The notes beneath the pieces are model-generated. The model did no database searches. It saw only the letters and a list, made by a program, of their open reading frames with translations, and had not been told where the DNA came from. From Paraspadella gotoi (taxonomy: Eukaryota; Animalia; Chaetognatha), in contig CM119266.1 of assembly GCA_051294375.1 (NCBI GenBank), positions 3,100,558 to 3,164,557 of the forward strand: a stretch of 64,000 nt of DNA, in the 5' to 3' direction. A program made the position numbers and the translations under genes. Of the stretch, positions 50,210 to 62,911 are shown piece after piece. Positions within the stretch are counted from its first letter, which is position 1, and each line of letters opens with the position of its first letter.

Positions 50210-50979
50210 ATGTACCTCATCTAATTCTTTAATTAAAAATAATTTTTAATATCCTTTTTCATTTTGTCTTCCTCTTCTTGCTCTTTACTTTTCTCCCTCT
50301 TTCCCTTTCGTATTTTGTTTTCTTGTGTCTCTCTTTACAACCTTCCTCTTCTTATCTCTCCAATTGTTTTTTCTTCTCCCCTCCCTCTCCTCCTCCTCTC
50401 TCCTCCCTTCTAAATTTCTTTCTCCCTCTTCATTTTCTCTCTCTCCCGCCCAATTTTCCTTTTTCCTCCTCATTTCCTCTTCTTTCTCCTTCCTCATTTT
50501 CCTCTGTTCCTCATTTTCTTTCTTCTCCTTCCTCATTTCTTTTCTTCTTCTCTTTCCCACTTTCCCACTTTTCTTCTTTCTCCCTTTTCAATCAATGAGA
50601 TGCGAAACTCGATACAGAAAGAGTCTCGATTGAAGGTAAAGAGAAGGAGGAGGAAGAGGAAGAGGAGGAGCAGGAAGAAGAAGAAGAAAAAAAAGAAGAA
50701 AAGTGTAACTATGGGTCTCAAAGCAAAGAGAAAAGTTCTGGGAATCGAGTTATTGACTTTTCGAGTCGACGGTAATGGGGCTGATAAATAAAGTTGACGC
50801 CGAAGTTTTATTTTACCCGTTCACGGCCGTTCTAGTACCGAAAAAAAAAAATATCCTTTCTTCCTTTGTTCTTTCCTTTATCGTTTATTTTCTCACGACC
50901 TGCCATCCCTGAATGTTATCCTTCCTTTTTCTTTGTATTTTCTCTCATCCTTGTTTGTATTCTTCCCATTTTATTATTC

Positions 50980-51660
50980 ATCTTTATCCTTTTTTCCTCA
51001 TTCTCCCTTCCTCTCCTCCTCCCTTATTTTTCTATATCCTTTTTTCCTCATTCCTCACTTCCTCCTTCCTCACTTATTTTCTTATTTCCTTTTTTCTTCA
51101 TTCCTCCTTCCTCCCTTCTTCCCTTCTTCCCTTCTCTCCTCCTCCCTTATTTTTACTTTTCCTTTTTTTCTCATTCCTTCCTTCCTCCCTTCCTCTCCTC
51201 CTCCTTATTTTCCTTATCCTTTTTTTTTCCTCATTCTCCCTTCCTCCCTTACTCCCTTATTTTTCCTATTTTCTTTTTTTTCCTCATTTCCTTTCTTCCT
51301 CCATTCCTCCCTTCCTCTCCCTCCTCCCTTATTTCTTCTTTTCCTTTTTTTCCTTCATTCCTCTCCTTCCTCCCTTCCTCTCCTCCCTTATTTTCCTTTT
51401 TTCTTTTTTTTCCTCATTTCCTCCCTATCCTCCATTCCTTCACCTTCCTCTTCCTCCTCCCTTATTTTCCTTTTTTCTTTTCCTCATTCCTCCCTTCCTC
51501 CTTCCTCTNNNNNNNNNNNNNNNNNNNNNNNNNTCCTCCCTTATTTTCCTTTTTTCTTTTTTTCCTCATTCCTCCCTTCCTCCATTCCTCCCTTCCTCTC
51601 CTCCTCCCTTATTTTTTTTTCTTTTTTTCCTCATTCCTCCCTTCCCCACTTATTTTCCTT
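50980..51660 (+). repeat. ~50-bp pyrimidine-rich minisatellite (TCATTCCTCCCTTCCTC..CTCCCTTATTTT..)
   Basis: Recurring CTCATTCC and CCCTTATTTT cores; produces spurious F/S/L/P ORFs. Confidence 0.85.
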
Positions 51661-52092
51661 TTTATTTCTGTATTTTTCTCTCTTTTTGCTTTCATTCTTT
51701 TAATCTTAGTGAATCGTGTTCCTTGACATTTAAGTTAAAAGGTTATTGGAGATTGAATAAAAGAGACTCGTCTCTGTTTCATTCTTAGTTCTCCACTTCC
51801 GGTCTGACTGCCCTAGTTTGTCCCAGTCTTGGTTCACACTTTTCCCCGTCATGTCACAATCGCGACAAGTCAGGAAAGTTCTCATCTCTTTGCTGCAACC
51901 GAATCACGAATCACGTGACCGAGTTGGAGATCTCAGAACAAGATATCGATTTTCCCTTTCGTCTTTAAACAAAGGAGTATCTGAATCGGTGGATTCATAT
52001 GAATAAAGCCTTGGATTCATCTTTCGATTCATTCTCATCGGACCTAATTCATTTGATCTTGTGGAAGAAAGATCATCTTTGCGTTGAATGGT

Positions 52093-52129
<37 letters not shown>

Positions 52130-53079
52130 TAATGTTATTTTTTGGTCTTCGTCTTCGTCATTTATTTTTGTCGTTCTTTTTTACTATAACAACTGTTAAT
52201 AGCTTAATGTTAAATATTTAATTAAAAAATTATGTAAAAATAACAAATTAAAAAACAAATAAATAAAATATAGAAATATCTAATTCTGTGACAGCCCAAA
52301 CCTGACTTCCAGATTTTCGTCCCAAGTTTTTTCCNNNNNNNNNNNNNNNNNNNNNNNNNCATTGTCATCATTTGTTTTTATACACAATGTCATCTATTTC
52401 AATTGAAACTACAAACCCTTTTTTTAAGTATCGCGTTCAGACATTCTAACGGAAGTTATTGACCTCATGTTTTATTATTCACCCTGTATGTATCTATCAC
52501 CCTTTTACGGTGAGAACAAACGCTTTCCATCACATCACTAGACATATCACCAAACACCTTATCCTTTCTTTCCTTCGCCCTTCTTCTCCCTTTCGCCCTT
52601 TGAACTTTACAACCCTCACGCTTTCTCTTTCCTCGAGTCTTCTGTCTTTCAACGCGAAGACCTTACTCCCTTCAAATAAAACCTCACCTTTGCTCTTCCT
52701 CCATCCCTCCTCCCCTCCCGCTGGCTCCTGGGCCCTCCTCCTGGCTCGCTACTCGATGCCCTCGCCCGCTCCCTCTTATAACAGCCGATTCCGCATGTTA
52801 CGATCTTTCTCTTCTCAGATTATGAGCGAACTCAACTTTCATTCATCTGAACGTTATTACGCATGACTTTTCCTTACTCTGAATTAAGAGAAACCAAACA
52901 TTACTTTATCGGCCCACAAAAATTTTTTTTCTAATTTTGTGTAGAAAGATATTCTTCCCTATCTGTCTCTCTCTCTTTATCTCTTCTTCCTTCTTCCCTC
53001 TCTCTCCTCTCTTCGATCTCGCCGAATCCCTTCTCATACCGAGTTGCCGTAGACGGTGCGCAGGATCTTTTGATTTTCT

Positions 53080-53397
53080 TCAATGTCTCTCGGTCGTCTT
53101 TTCGACACGATTCCCCGTGACTTCACGCCGTTTTGAGACCTTTTCCAGGCGGAATCGGGGATCAGGGGGGCGATGGATCGGTCGGGGATGGGGTCGTTGT
53201 TGAAGGGAGGAAGGGTTTTTTGAAGGGAAGGGGGCGATGGAACGGTGGGGTGGAGGTTGTTGGAAGGGGAAAGGGGTTTTTGAAAAGTCTTGGGGGTTTA
53301 TCTTAGTGTGGCGGTCGCATGGAGGTGGAATGGGGGGTTGCTTGAAATCGGGGGGCATGGGAATATTGGGGGGTCGTTGGTTAAAATCAGAATGCAA
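53080..53397 (-). CDS. Candidate proline-rich coding segment antisense within the aminopeptidase span
   Basis: DFNQRPPNIPMPPDFKQPPIPPP..QDFSKTPFPFQQPPPH..PPDPRFRLEK; repeated DFxxPP-like units; splice sites not established. Confidence 0.3.
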   Translation of the reverse strand: MHSDFNQRPPNIPMPPDFKQPPIPPPCDRHTKINPQDFSKTPFPFQQPPPHRSIAPFPSKNPSSLQQRPHPRPIHRPPDPRFRLEKVSKRREVTGNRVEKTTERH

Positions 53398-55558
53398 AGG
53401 GTGGTCTGAGTGAAGAGGAAGGAGAGTCCCAGTCAGAAGGGGGGAATGAACGAGATATCAATGGTTTGGAAACAAATGTAAGAAGAAAGGATTTAAATAA
53501 GATAAAAAGTTGAGTTAAGAAAAGAAAGAAATAATACGGGAAGCGAGTAAAGGAAGAAAGCACTATGAAAAGAGGATAGAGAAGCGAAAATGATATTTAA
53601 TGGAAGATAGGAAATTATAACTAAAGAAGTAATGCGTGAATAGATATAAATGAATAAATAATAAAAGAGACTCGAGACGGATCTTAATGCCCCTCCTCTC
53701 CCATCCCTCCACCGCGAGGTTCAACGTGCGATGGCTGATCTTTTTCGCAAGCAACGAGAACAATCAAAAAACACAATCAACTCTCTCCAACTTCTTCTTC
53801 TCATCTCTTCTCCTCTCTCTCTTCCTCTCCTCTCTATTATCTATCTATCATCTATCTTTTATCTATTTTTATGTCTCACGGCTGGTTCGGGGTTCTTTAA
53901 CTCGTGATACCCATAGTGTGTTTCAAATATACTATCGTTTGGGACTTTAAGGAAGTTTTTCGATTTATATATCACTAAAGCTCTCACTTCTATATTTTCT
54001 TTATTATTAAATTGCGTACCAAAGAAAATTCGCGTGGCGAAACAGTTGACGTCCTCACGGGATCGAGGAAAAGTTTGGTCCCGAATCCCTCCAGAACGGT
54101 TTAAAAATCAAGACAAGAGTTTGCTATTGTTTTTCTCTTCCCTCGTGATGTTTTTCTTTTCACACTCTAAAGTGAGAATCCTTCTCCTTCACCTCTCCTC
54201 TCTCTTCTCTCTCTTCTCTCCTCATCTCTCTCTCCTCTTCCTTCTCTCTCTCTCTTCCTCTCTCTCAGTCTCCTCTCTTTCTCTCTCTCTTCTCTCTCTC
54301 TTCTAACCCATCCCCCCCCCAAAAATTTCCCTCCAAACCTTTCAAGATCTCCCCGTTTGAATGAGGACCGCAGTCTCTCTTGAACCCGTACAGGGCGGGT
54401 CGTACGGCACTCCTCACCGCGCGTACGTACGTCCGTTGGCCGCCTGTCCAACTCCCACTCTTGGTTGTGCGTTCGTTCAGTTATGGAAAGTTGTATTGAT
54501 TCGCGTAGTAAGAAGTGGCCACTGAACTTTGGTAGTTGTGGTTGAACTTTGGGAGAAGCGGTTGATTGTAATTAAAAAAATTAAAAGAAAAATAAAAAAA
54601 TAAATAAAAAAAAATAAGAAAATAAATAAAAAAAGTCCTGAAACGAAGAGTCTTACATGGCGATTTTAACTAAAAAACATTTCAAACTGTTTTGTACTGA
54701 ACGCAAATGACTGTGATAATCGTTTCGACATCGGCTGCACATTGGTAACAATATTATCTTTCTTTGAACATTAACATTTTGTTAAGAAAGTAATTTTTAA
54801 ACCAGAAGTCTAATTTAATAATGAAAGAATTCAGTAAACCATTCATGATTACGTTGTTTTTTTTTTTATCTTTTTCATCGCAGCCTTTATTTCCTCCTTT
54901 TTTTCCCTCCAGAAAAATCCAGTGATTCCATGTTTCTCTCTCTCTCTTTTTAATTCACGTGGTTTGAAAACTGGTGAGGATAAAGAATTAAATAAAGGAA
55001 CTCAACCGATCGAACACGAATTTCAACTTTCAGGGAATTGATAAGCAAGAATTCCTCAAGAAAGGAAGAGGTGAGCTGAAACGGGAAACATTTGGTGTTT
55101 GGATTTGTGTGGCTATTAATAATACAAGCTTCTGGTTTTGTTTTTTTACGATGTCGTACAAACCGTTTCGGCAGTCGCGCCTCAAAAGTTTAAATTTGAT
55201 TTAAAACATGCTTTGGTCATTATTAATCTGTTTTGTCTAATCTTTAAGTTTTGGTATTTTGATACTATCTCACAGTATTTTCTAGTTGGAGTTAAATACC
55301 TAGTCTTTTATCAAAACTAATTACAATAAAAACTAAAATAACGTCGAATAATTTATTATTAATATTTTGAGCGCCCAATAAAAAACCCATATAGAGGAGA
55401 TATTAACGCGGGCCATACCTCGCAGTTTAAACTGTTAAACTTCGCGCAGTTTCGGGGAAGAGAACTATATGTTACGCGCAACTACGCCGCGGCGGTTTCG
55501 CCGGGGATATCATTCCGCAAATCCCCGCCCAATTCTTGACGGGGAGAGAAATGGCCTA

Positions 55559-55593
<35 letters not shown>

Positions 55594-57470
55594 CTCCTTC
55601 CTCTGCCACGTCACCTTTTCCCTCCAGTCTCTCTCTCTCCTCCTCAACAAACGCATCTTTTTTTCTCTTTTATTGGCTTATCAGTACCATTGTCAAAATG
55701 GCGAATAAAATAAGTGAGGGTCATGCAGATTTTTGAGATCTTCTTTTTGCTTTTTCTTTGTTTATTATACTGAGGTATTGTTTTAATTTTGTTCGGTTTT
55801 ATATAAAATCACACACGACGGATATGACATATCACTTTCTTGGGTGTACGTCCTAGAAAAGGTAAATCGTAAAGTAAAAAAGAAAGACAAATAAGAAGTA
55901 AGAGGAATAAAATATATGGAAAAAGATAGAAGAGTGGAAAGAAATAGATAGAATATAAGATTAATTACGAGGAAGAAGTCATAATACAGTAAAGACATAT
56001 GTATACCTTCTGTATCACAGTCTGTAAAAAGAGTGTGTTATTTAGCTGGATCATATACAGGCTTCGATGAATAGAGTGCTGATGGAGACTTGGAAATTAA
56101 TAAAACATCGTCTCTTTCTCACAAAACAACAACAATGCTTTTTCTCCAATTTAAAACCACATCTACGCATGCTAAGAGAGAGAGGAGAGAGAAGAGAAGA
56201 GAGAGAGAAACAGGGAGAAGACCAAAATAATAGCATTTATGTAATGTCAACAATGCGATACTAATGTCTTAAACTAATGGTTCGAATTTAACAATTAATT
56301 CTAATAATAAATAAATAAAGTAATGATAAGGACAAGTGTTTGTGCCTCTGTAGTTTCGATCAGTTAGAAAGAAAGACAATATAGTATATTGTAAGTGTAA
56401 AAAAATGTGTTATTTAGCTGGATATACAGCTTCGATGGCACATAGAGTATGATGAAGACTTGTAATTAAAAAATTTCAATACACAACACAAACAAACCGT
56501 AAATCCATCAATCTACCATATGTCTTGGAGGGGATTTCTCCCCGCCCGTGGATAAGGCAAGAGGCTTCAAACAGTATTCCCCGTAAAATAATAGTGGTAG
56601 GCACATTCCCCAAAACAAGAGAGAAAAAAGACTCAGTTTCCGTGAACAGAAAGAGGTGTGTCAGTTGAAACTGGTCCCGTATAGCAGTCAACTGTCGCCT
56701 TATTGGAAGGGCTTCGTCATACTGTATAGATGGCGTCTTTCTTATCGATGCTCGTCCCATATTGGAAGTACCTCTTTGCAATCTTGCAATTGAGGATTGG
56801 CAATGCGAATTTCTCGCATTGAGGATTGGCTAAAAAGCGCGTTTCTTGAAAAATATAATAGTTGCGGCGAAATGAAAGACGTGTCGGTATCAAAATGTGG
56901 TAGGGACTGAGCAGAGAGAAGAGAGATGAAGAGAGAGAGAGAGAGAGAGGAGAGAGAGTTTTGAGAGGAGATTGAGAGAGATGTAGAGAGATTTGAGATT
57001 GATGATGAGAGAGAGAGAGGAGAAAAGTCAGTATCTTCATTCACACGAATTTTTCTTTTTTTTTTTTTTTTTTTTTTTCTTTTCTTTCTTTGTTTTTTCC
57101 TTTCTGTGTTTTTTCTCTTCATTTTACTTAGAGTTGTCTTCTTCGATAACTTATAAACTTTAGTGTTTTTTTTATATCTCAATATAAAATTCTTCAATAT
57201 TTTTCTTTTCCTTCTCTTTTTTATTTTGACTTATTTTAATAATATATAAATATTCTTATACCTAATCTATTATATAGAATAATTTTTTCAAGTATTATCT
57301 TATTTTTTCTTCCTTTCTTGTTTCATCTAATAATTATGAATAGGACTTGCTCTGTCCGTTGTGGTCTTTCTTGCCCTCTTCTCGGCGTCCCGTGTTCTTG
57401 CTACGGTAAACTTTGAAGAAAATTGTTGAAAGGGAATTTGAATTCGGCGGGGGGTTGCGTGGGTCGGTGG

Positions 57471-57541
<71 letters not shown>

Positions 57542-57605
57542 GTCACGAGCGCAGGCGGACGGAAATGGCGTCGTAATGGCGCCCCGTTTCCGGAGAAAGA
57601 AGGAA

Positions 57606-57679
<74 letters not shown>

Positions 57680-57826
57680 AATGGCCTACCCTCGGCCCTT
57701 TTCTTCTCTAGTGCTTTTATACCGTCGGTCTAAGTTGAGGAATTTTTTAAAAACGTGGCTAGAAGCACTAGTAATTAATTTTTTAATATTTATTTGTAGA
57801 TAAGAAATGTCAAAAGATGTCGGGAG

Positions 57827-57863
57827 ACCCCAGGCATCACACATGTCCCCCCGTTGCCCTACA
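57827..57863 (+). mobile_element. 3' end fragment of family-2 element
   Basis: ACCCCAGGCATCACACATGTCCCCCCGTTGCCCTACA matches 26702-26736 and ends in CA. Confidence 0.65.
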
Positions 57864-59136
57864 ATACGATTTTGATTGTGGGAGCTGAGAAGAAGCTGAG
57901 AAGCGACTGCAGTCTAGATCACATTGTGAACTTCACAAGGATCGTGAATCCAAGAAAAACCGTTAATGTCGATTCCGATATTTTCAGGACTTTTTTCTTT
58001 CCCATCTCCATCTTTCTTTTATCTCAAGTTCCCTCCATCCGACGAGATTACGATTTTTATTTACCTCACATCCACTGTTTATTTTATGTGCTCTTTCTCT
58101 CTCTCTTTTCCTAAACCTTAACGGGTTTTGAATTTCTTCTCTGGCAACTTTCTCCGAGTTAAATCCACTTTTTCACTCCTTTCCACCTAAACCTTCCANN
58201 NNNNNNNNNNNNNNNNNNNNNNNNNNNNNNNNNNNNNNNNNNNNNNNNNNNNNNNNNNNNNNNNNNNNNNNNNNNNNNNNNNNNNNNNNNNNNNNNNNNN
58301 NNNNNNNNNNNNNNNNNNNNNNNNNNNNNNNNNNNNNNNNNNNNNNNNNNNNNNNNNNNNNNNNNNNNNNNNNNNNNNNNNNNNNNNNNNNNNNNNNNNN
58401 NNNNNNNNNNNNNNNNNNNNNNNNNNNNNNNNNNNNNNNNNNNNNNNNNNNNNNNNNNACTTGATCGGATTAGTTGTGAAATGAAAACTTGGGGAGGAAG
58501 TGGACTGAATAATCGTCTTTTTCTTTTTTCTTTTTCTTTTTCTTTTTCTTTTTCTTTTTCTTTTTCTTTTTCTTTTTCTTTTTCTTTTCCGCTGCCAATA
58601 GGAAGGATAACCAATGGTTTTAAGGACAATACAGAATCTACAAACCAATTAATATTCCCCCAAGTAAATAAATAGTTTTTTGTTATTTTTCCATCAGATG
58701 AGAGAGAGAGAGACAGAGAGAGAGAGATGAGAGAGAGAGAGAGTGAGAGACGAGAGAGAGAGAGAGATGAGGAGAGAGAGAGAGAGGAGCAGAGAAGAAG
58801 AGAGGAATAGCGATAAGAAAGAAAGAGATGGATAGAAAAACCATAGAGAGACAGAGAGCCTCACGACAGATTGATGATAGGACTGACGGACGTTAAGAAA
58901 GACAGGCGACGGCTCTGGACGAATAATCAGAACTGACAGACCCGAGATAACAGCATACCATCGAGACGACAGGGAGACAACCGACCTGGATTTGAAGGAA
59001 GGAAAGACTGACAGATAGAAAGAATGTCAAGATATTAGTTCGCTTGACCTGAGGTTCATCCGTTCAATCCTTCCTCACGACGAATAACAATTTTTTAAAA
59101 AAATTAATTAAATATTTACAAAATCGATTGCAACAG

Positions 59137-59275
59137 ATTCCTGCAGCAGGCGCCGTTACGACGACGCGCCGCTGTTGGCGCTGCTGTCGGCAGCGGCGTC
59201 AGTTTATTCGCCTCTGGACGCGAGGGAAGTCGGAGACGCCAGAGCAAAAGTCGACAAGATTGGATTTTTCTAGGG
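59137..59275 (+). CDS. Internal exon of the M17 aminopeptidase
   Basis: CAACAG acceptor; RYDDAPLLALLSAAASVYSPLDAREVGDARAKVDKIGFF matches the family's 'ALYxPLExRE..KVxxLG' segment; 3' end has a TAG that is probably an error. Confidence 0.7.
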
Positions 59276-59279
59276 GTAC

Positions 59280-59462
59280 AAGGAGGCAGGGGGTAAAGGA
59301 GGCAAGGTGGGTAAAGGAGGCAGGGGGGGTAAAGGAGGCAGGGGGGGTAAAGGAGGGAGGGGAGGGTAAAGGAGGCAGGGGGGTAAAGGAGCCGGGTAGG
59401 GTAAAAGGTGGCAGGGGGGTAAGGAGGAGGGGGGTAAGGAGGAGGGGAATAAAGAAGGGGGG
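59280..59462 (+). repeat. G-rich ~18-bp repeat (GGGGTAAAGGAGGCAGG)
   Basis: About nine units with G3-G7 runs. Confidence 0.8.
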
Positions 59463-60154
59463 TATTTTTTGTGGAGGAGGGTAGAGATTATAATTTTAGG
59501 GTGCGGTCGCCATATTGCGCCCAGTANNNNNNNNNNNNNNNNNNNNNNNNNNNNNNNNNNNNNNNNNNNNNNNNNNNNNNNNNNNNNNNNNNNNNNNNNN
59601 NNNNNNNNNNNNNNNNNNNNNNNNNNNNNNNNNNNNNNNNNNNNNNNNNNNNNNNNNNNNNNNNNNNNNNNNNNNNNNNAGAAAGAATCGGTGAGGAGTT
59701 AAGGAGGGTAAGAAAGGTAAGGGTAAGGTGAGCTCAAGAGTTGTCATGGATGAAGAAATTTCAAATTATTCGTAAAATAAGACAATATTTGGTAAGTTTT
59801 GTCGACAAAAGAGTGGGTAAGGAATGTAGAGGATCGAAGTCAGGGTGAGGCTGCGAGCTAGGATTTTCACCCAAGATAATTCATAGCAAATTTCGTCGGG
59901 ATTTCGTTTCGCCGAGAAAAAGAAAAAAAAAAGAAAAAAGAAAAAAAGAAAAAAAGAAAAAAAGAAATCTCGGTTATGTTGATTCGAAAGAAATCAGAAT
60001 AATTCGTTATTCCTCCTCTTTATACATATCTTTCTTTCTTTTTCTTTTTCTTTATATTTTTCTTTCTTTTTATTTTTTCTTTTTACCTCCTTTTTTTTCT
60101 CCAACGCCATATTTTTCCCCCTTTTCCTTTCCCACGTGACGTTCACTCCGCCCC

Positions 60155-60975
60155 GCGTTTTCTCTTCTGCTTTTATCATTTCCTCTCTCACCACATTTCT
60201 GTTCTCTTCTGCTTTATCATTTGCCTCTCTCCCACTTTGTCTCGTCCTGACTTTTATCAATTTCCTCTCTCCACTCTTTCGTTCTTATCATTTCCTCTTT
60301 CCACTCTCTTTCGTCTGCTTTTATCATTTCCTCTCTCCCACTCTTTCTCGTCTGCTTTTATCATTTCTCTCTTCCTCCACTCTTTTCTCTCTTGCTTTCA
60401 TGACATCATTTCCTCTGTCCCACTCTTGATCTCGTCTGTTTTTATAATTTCCTGTTTCTTCCACTCTTTTCTCTTCTGCTTCTTCATTTCTCACTCTTTC
60501 TCTCTCTTATCCATCTCATCACTCTTTTTCGCTTCCTCATTACCCCCCCTCTTCTCTTTGCTTTCACTAACATGTTCCTCTTCCCCATGCTTTCCTTCGT
60601 GCTTTATCTATCTTTCAACTTTTCCCTGCTTATTTCCTACTCTCCCACTCTTTTCTTGTCTGCTTTTATCCATTATCTTTCTCTCCCACTCTGTCTCTGT
60701 CTGCTTTATCATTGCCATCTTTCCCCTCTTTCCTTCTCTTCTCTGCTAGCTTTCATCTATTTCTCTCTCCCACACCTTTTCTGCTTCTGCTTTCATCATT
60801 TTCCTCTCTCCCCCACTCTTTGTCTCGTCTGCTTTTAATATTCTTCCTTTTTCTTTCCTACTTTCTTTTCTCTCCTGCATTATCATTTCCCTCTCCCACT
60901 CTTGTTCGTCTGCTTTTATCATTTCCTCTCTCCCACTCTTTTCTCTTCTGCTTTCATCATTTCCTCTTCCACACT
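60155..60975 (+). repeat. ~32-bp minisatellite TCTGCTTTTATCATTTCCTCTCTCCCACTCTT
   Basis: Many copies of the CTGCTTTTATCATTTCC core. Confidence 0.88.
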
Positions 60976-61150
60976 CTTTTTCTCTTTACATTCTCCTTCC
61001 AACTCCTATTTACTAATTCTCTCTCTTCTGCGAGCTCGTTCCTCCTCTTTTTATTCTTCTTTTAACTTCTTTATTCCTCCTCTTTCTCTCCTCTTCTTCC
61101 CATTCCTCCTCTCCATTCTTCCCTCCCCCCATTCTCTCCCTCCCCCTCAG

Positions 61151-61305
61151 GCTCCCTCTCTCCCTCGTCCGCCTCTCCATCTCCACCCTCGCCATCGGCC
61201 ATCGAAATCGGGCGCATTCGTCTCGCCCGCTGACTCGGAGGAGGAGATCCGGAGAGATGGCACGCGCCGAGGATCGTCGAATATCTGGAGGGCGTCTTCA
61301 AAGGG
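61151..61305 (+). CDS. Internal exon of the M17 aminopeptidase (frameshifted in this assembly)
   Basis: Allowing small indels: LAxAIEIGR..R.D.GGGDPERMxAPRIVEYLEGVFKG, equivalent to 'LAxAxExGRxVxRDIGGSDPERMAAPRVxEY'. Confidence 0.75.
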
Positions 61306-61449
61306 GTCAGGGGGTTGTTGTTGTCGTTATCTCTGTTGTTGTCGTTGATGTTTTTTCCGTTGGGTACACTTTGCTGTTGTTATACTGTTGTTGCAGCCAG
61401 TGTTGTCGTTGTTGTAGTTGGTGTTGTAGAAGATAATGTTTTGTCGTTT

Positions 61450-61930
61450 TGTTAATACGTCTATTGTTAATACCTCTATTGTTAATACCTCTATTGTTGT
61501 CTATTGTTAATACCTCTATTGTTAATACCTCTATTGTCGTCTATGGTTAATACCTCTATTGTTAATACCTCTATTGTTAATACCTCTATTGTTAATACCT
61601 CTATTGTCGTCTATTGTTAATACCTCTACTGTTATTACCTTTATTCTTAATACCTCTATTGTTAACACCTCTATTGTTAATACCTCTATTATCGTCTATT
61701 GTTCATACTTCTATTGTTAATACCTCTATTGTCGTCTATTGTTAATACTTCTATTTTCGTCTATTGTTAATACTTCTATTGTTACCTCTATTGTTAATAC
61801 CTCTATTGTTGTCTATTGTTAATACTTCTATTGTTAATACTTCTATTGTCGTCTATTGTTAATACCTCTATTGTCGTCTATTGTTAATACCTCTATTGTT
61901 AATACCTCTATTGTTAATACCTCTATGGTC
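61450..61930 (+). repeat. Minisatellite of 15-bp CTATTGTTAATACCT units interspersed with 10-bp CTATTGTCGT units
   Basis: About 30 units read directly. Confidence 0.92.
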
Positions 61931-62644
61931 GTCCTGTTGTCTTCTCCTTTTAATTTTGGTCGTTTTCGTCGTCGTCGTCGTCGTCGTCTCAGTTTTTCTT
62001 CATCACTTCTCTGTCGTTTATATCTACCCGCTGCTATTATGTCTTAGTCGCTTGTCCAGCTTGCTCATTACAAACCTGAGCTTTAAGTTGTCCTCATTTA
62101 TTTCTATCCGTTCGTCGTCGTCGTCGTCGTCGGTCGTCGTCGTCGCGTCCAGAAGATTAATGAACGGCGAATCACTNNNNNNNNNNNNNNNNNNNNNNNN
62201 NNNNNNNNNNNNNNNNNNNNNNNNNNNNNNNNNNNNNNNNNNNNNNNNNNNNNNNNNNAAAAAAAAATTTTCTAAAAAAGGCGAACGAATCAAATATTTT
62301 ATTTTTTTTAAATTCCATCCAACTTTTTTTAAATTTAAAAAAAAGGTTATAATTTATATTCATACTTTTTCTTTCCGTAAATTTTTGCGTCCACAGTCGT
62401 ACTGGCATTACAGCCAGACTTTCTGTCTTCGTGGTCTGTCGTGTAAACTCCATACAATCAATGTATTAAATAATGTTGTTTAAGAGTTGCGACTAAGTGA
62501 CATGTACTTATTTGACTCAATCTACGCCTAGCGAATTACAACTTACTTCTTTTTACACTTCCGGCTACGCGCGAAGTTTTTCCTGTCTTCACTCACACCT
62601 CGCCTGGAAGCTTCACCTTTATCCCATCCTCAATCCACCGCTAG

Positions 62645-62911
62645 GCCATCACCATGGACACCGGGCGGCGCGACCTCAAACTGTGCGAAGGCGGCGTCAT
62701 GGCTGGGGCATGTCGCGCGACAAATGCGGGCGCCCGGCGCCCGATCGCCGAGGTCTCCTTCAAGACCGCTTGGCAGGCGCTGCGGGACCGCGGGAGGCTG
62801 CGCCGGCTTCGTAGGCGCCCTCCGCCTTCGCTCGAGAAATTCCGTCGGGGGCGCCGCATTAGCTACGATAGGCCGCCGACGCAGATTTCGCTGGAACTTC
62901 CAGGAGCGGCA
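62645..62911 (+). CDS. Catalytic-domain exon of the M17 aminopeptidase (many single-base insertions)
   Basis: CTAG acceptor and GTGAGT donor (62912). Removing insertions gives GITMDTGGxDLK..GGVMAGMSRDKCGAA..FFKT..VGAL..RNSVG..SY..DxI..SRSG, i.e. the GITxDTGG and MxRDKCG metal-binding motifs. Confidence 0.85.

Noticed and set aside
55990-56500. Direct repeat (55990-56150 vs 56380-56500) as an LTR pair
   Set aside because: No TG..CA ends or PBS/PPT; indel-type divergence suggests duplicated noisy sequence.
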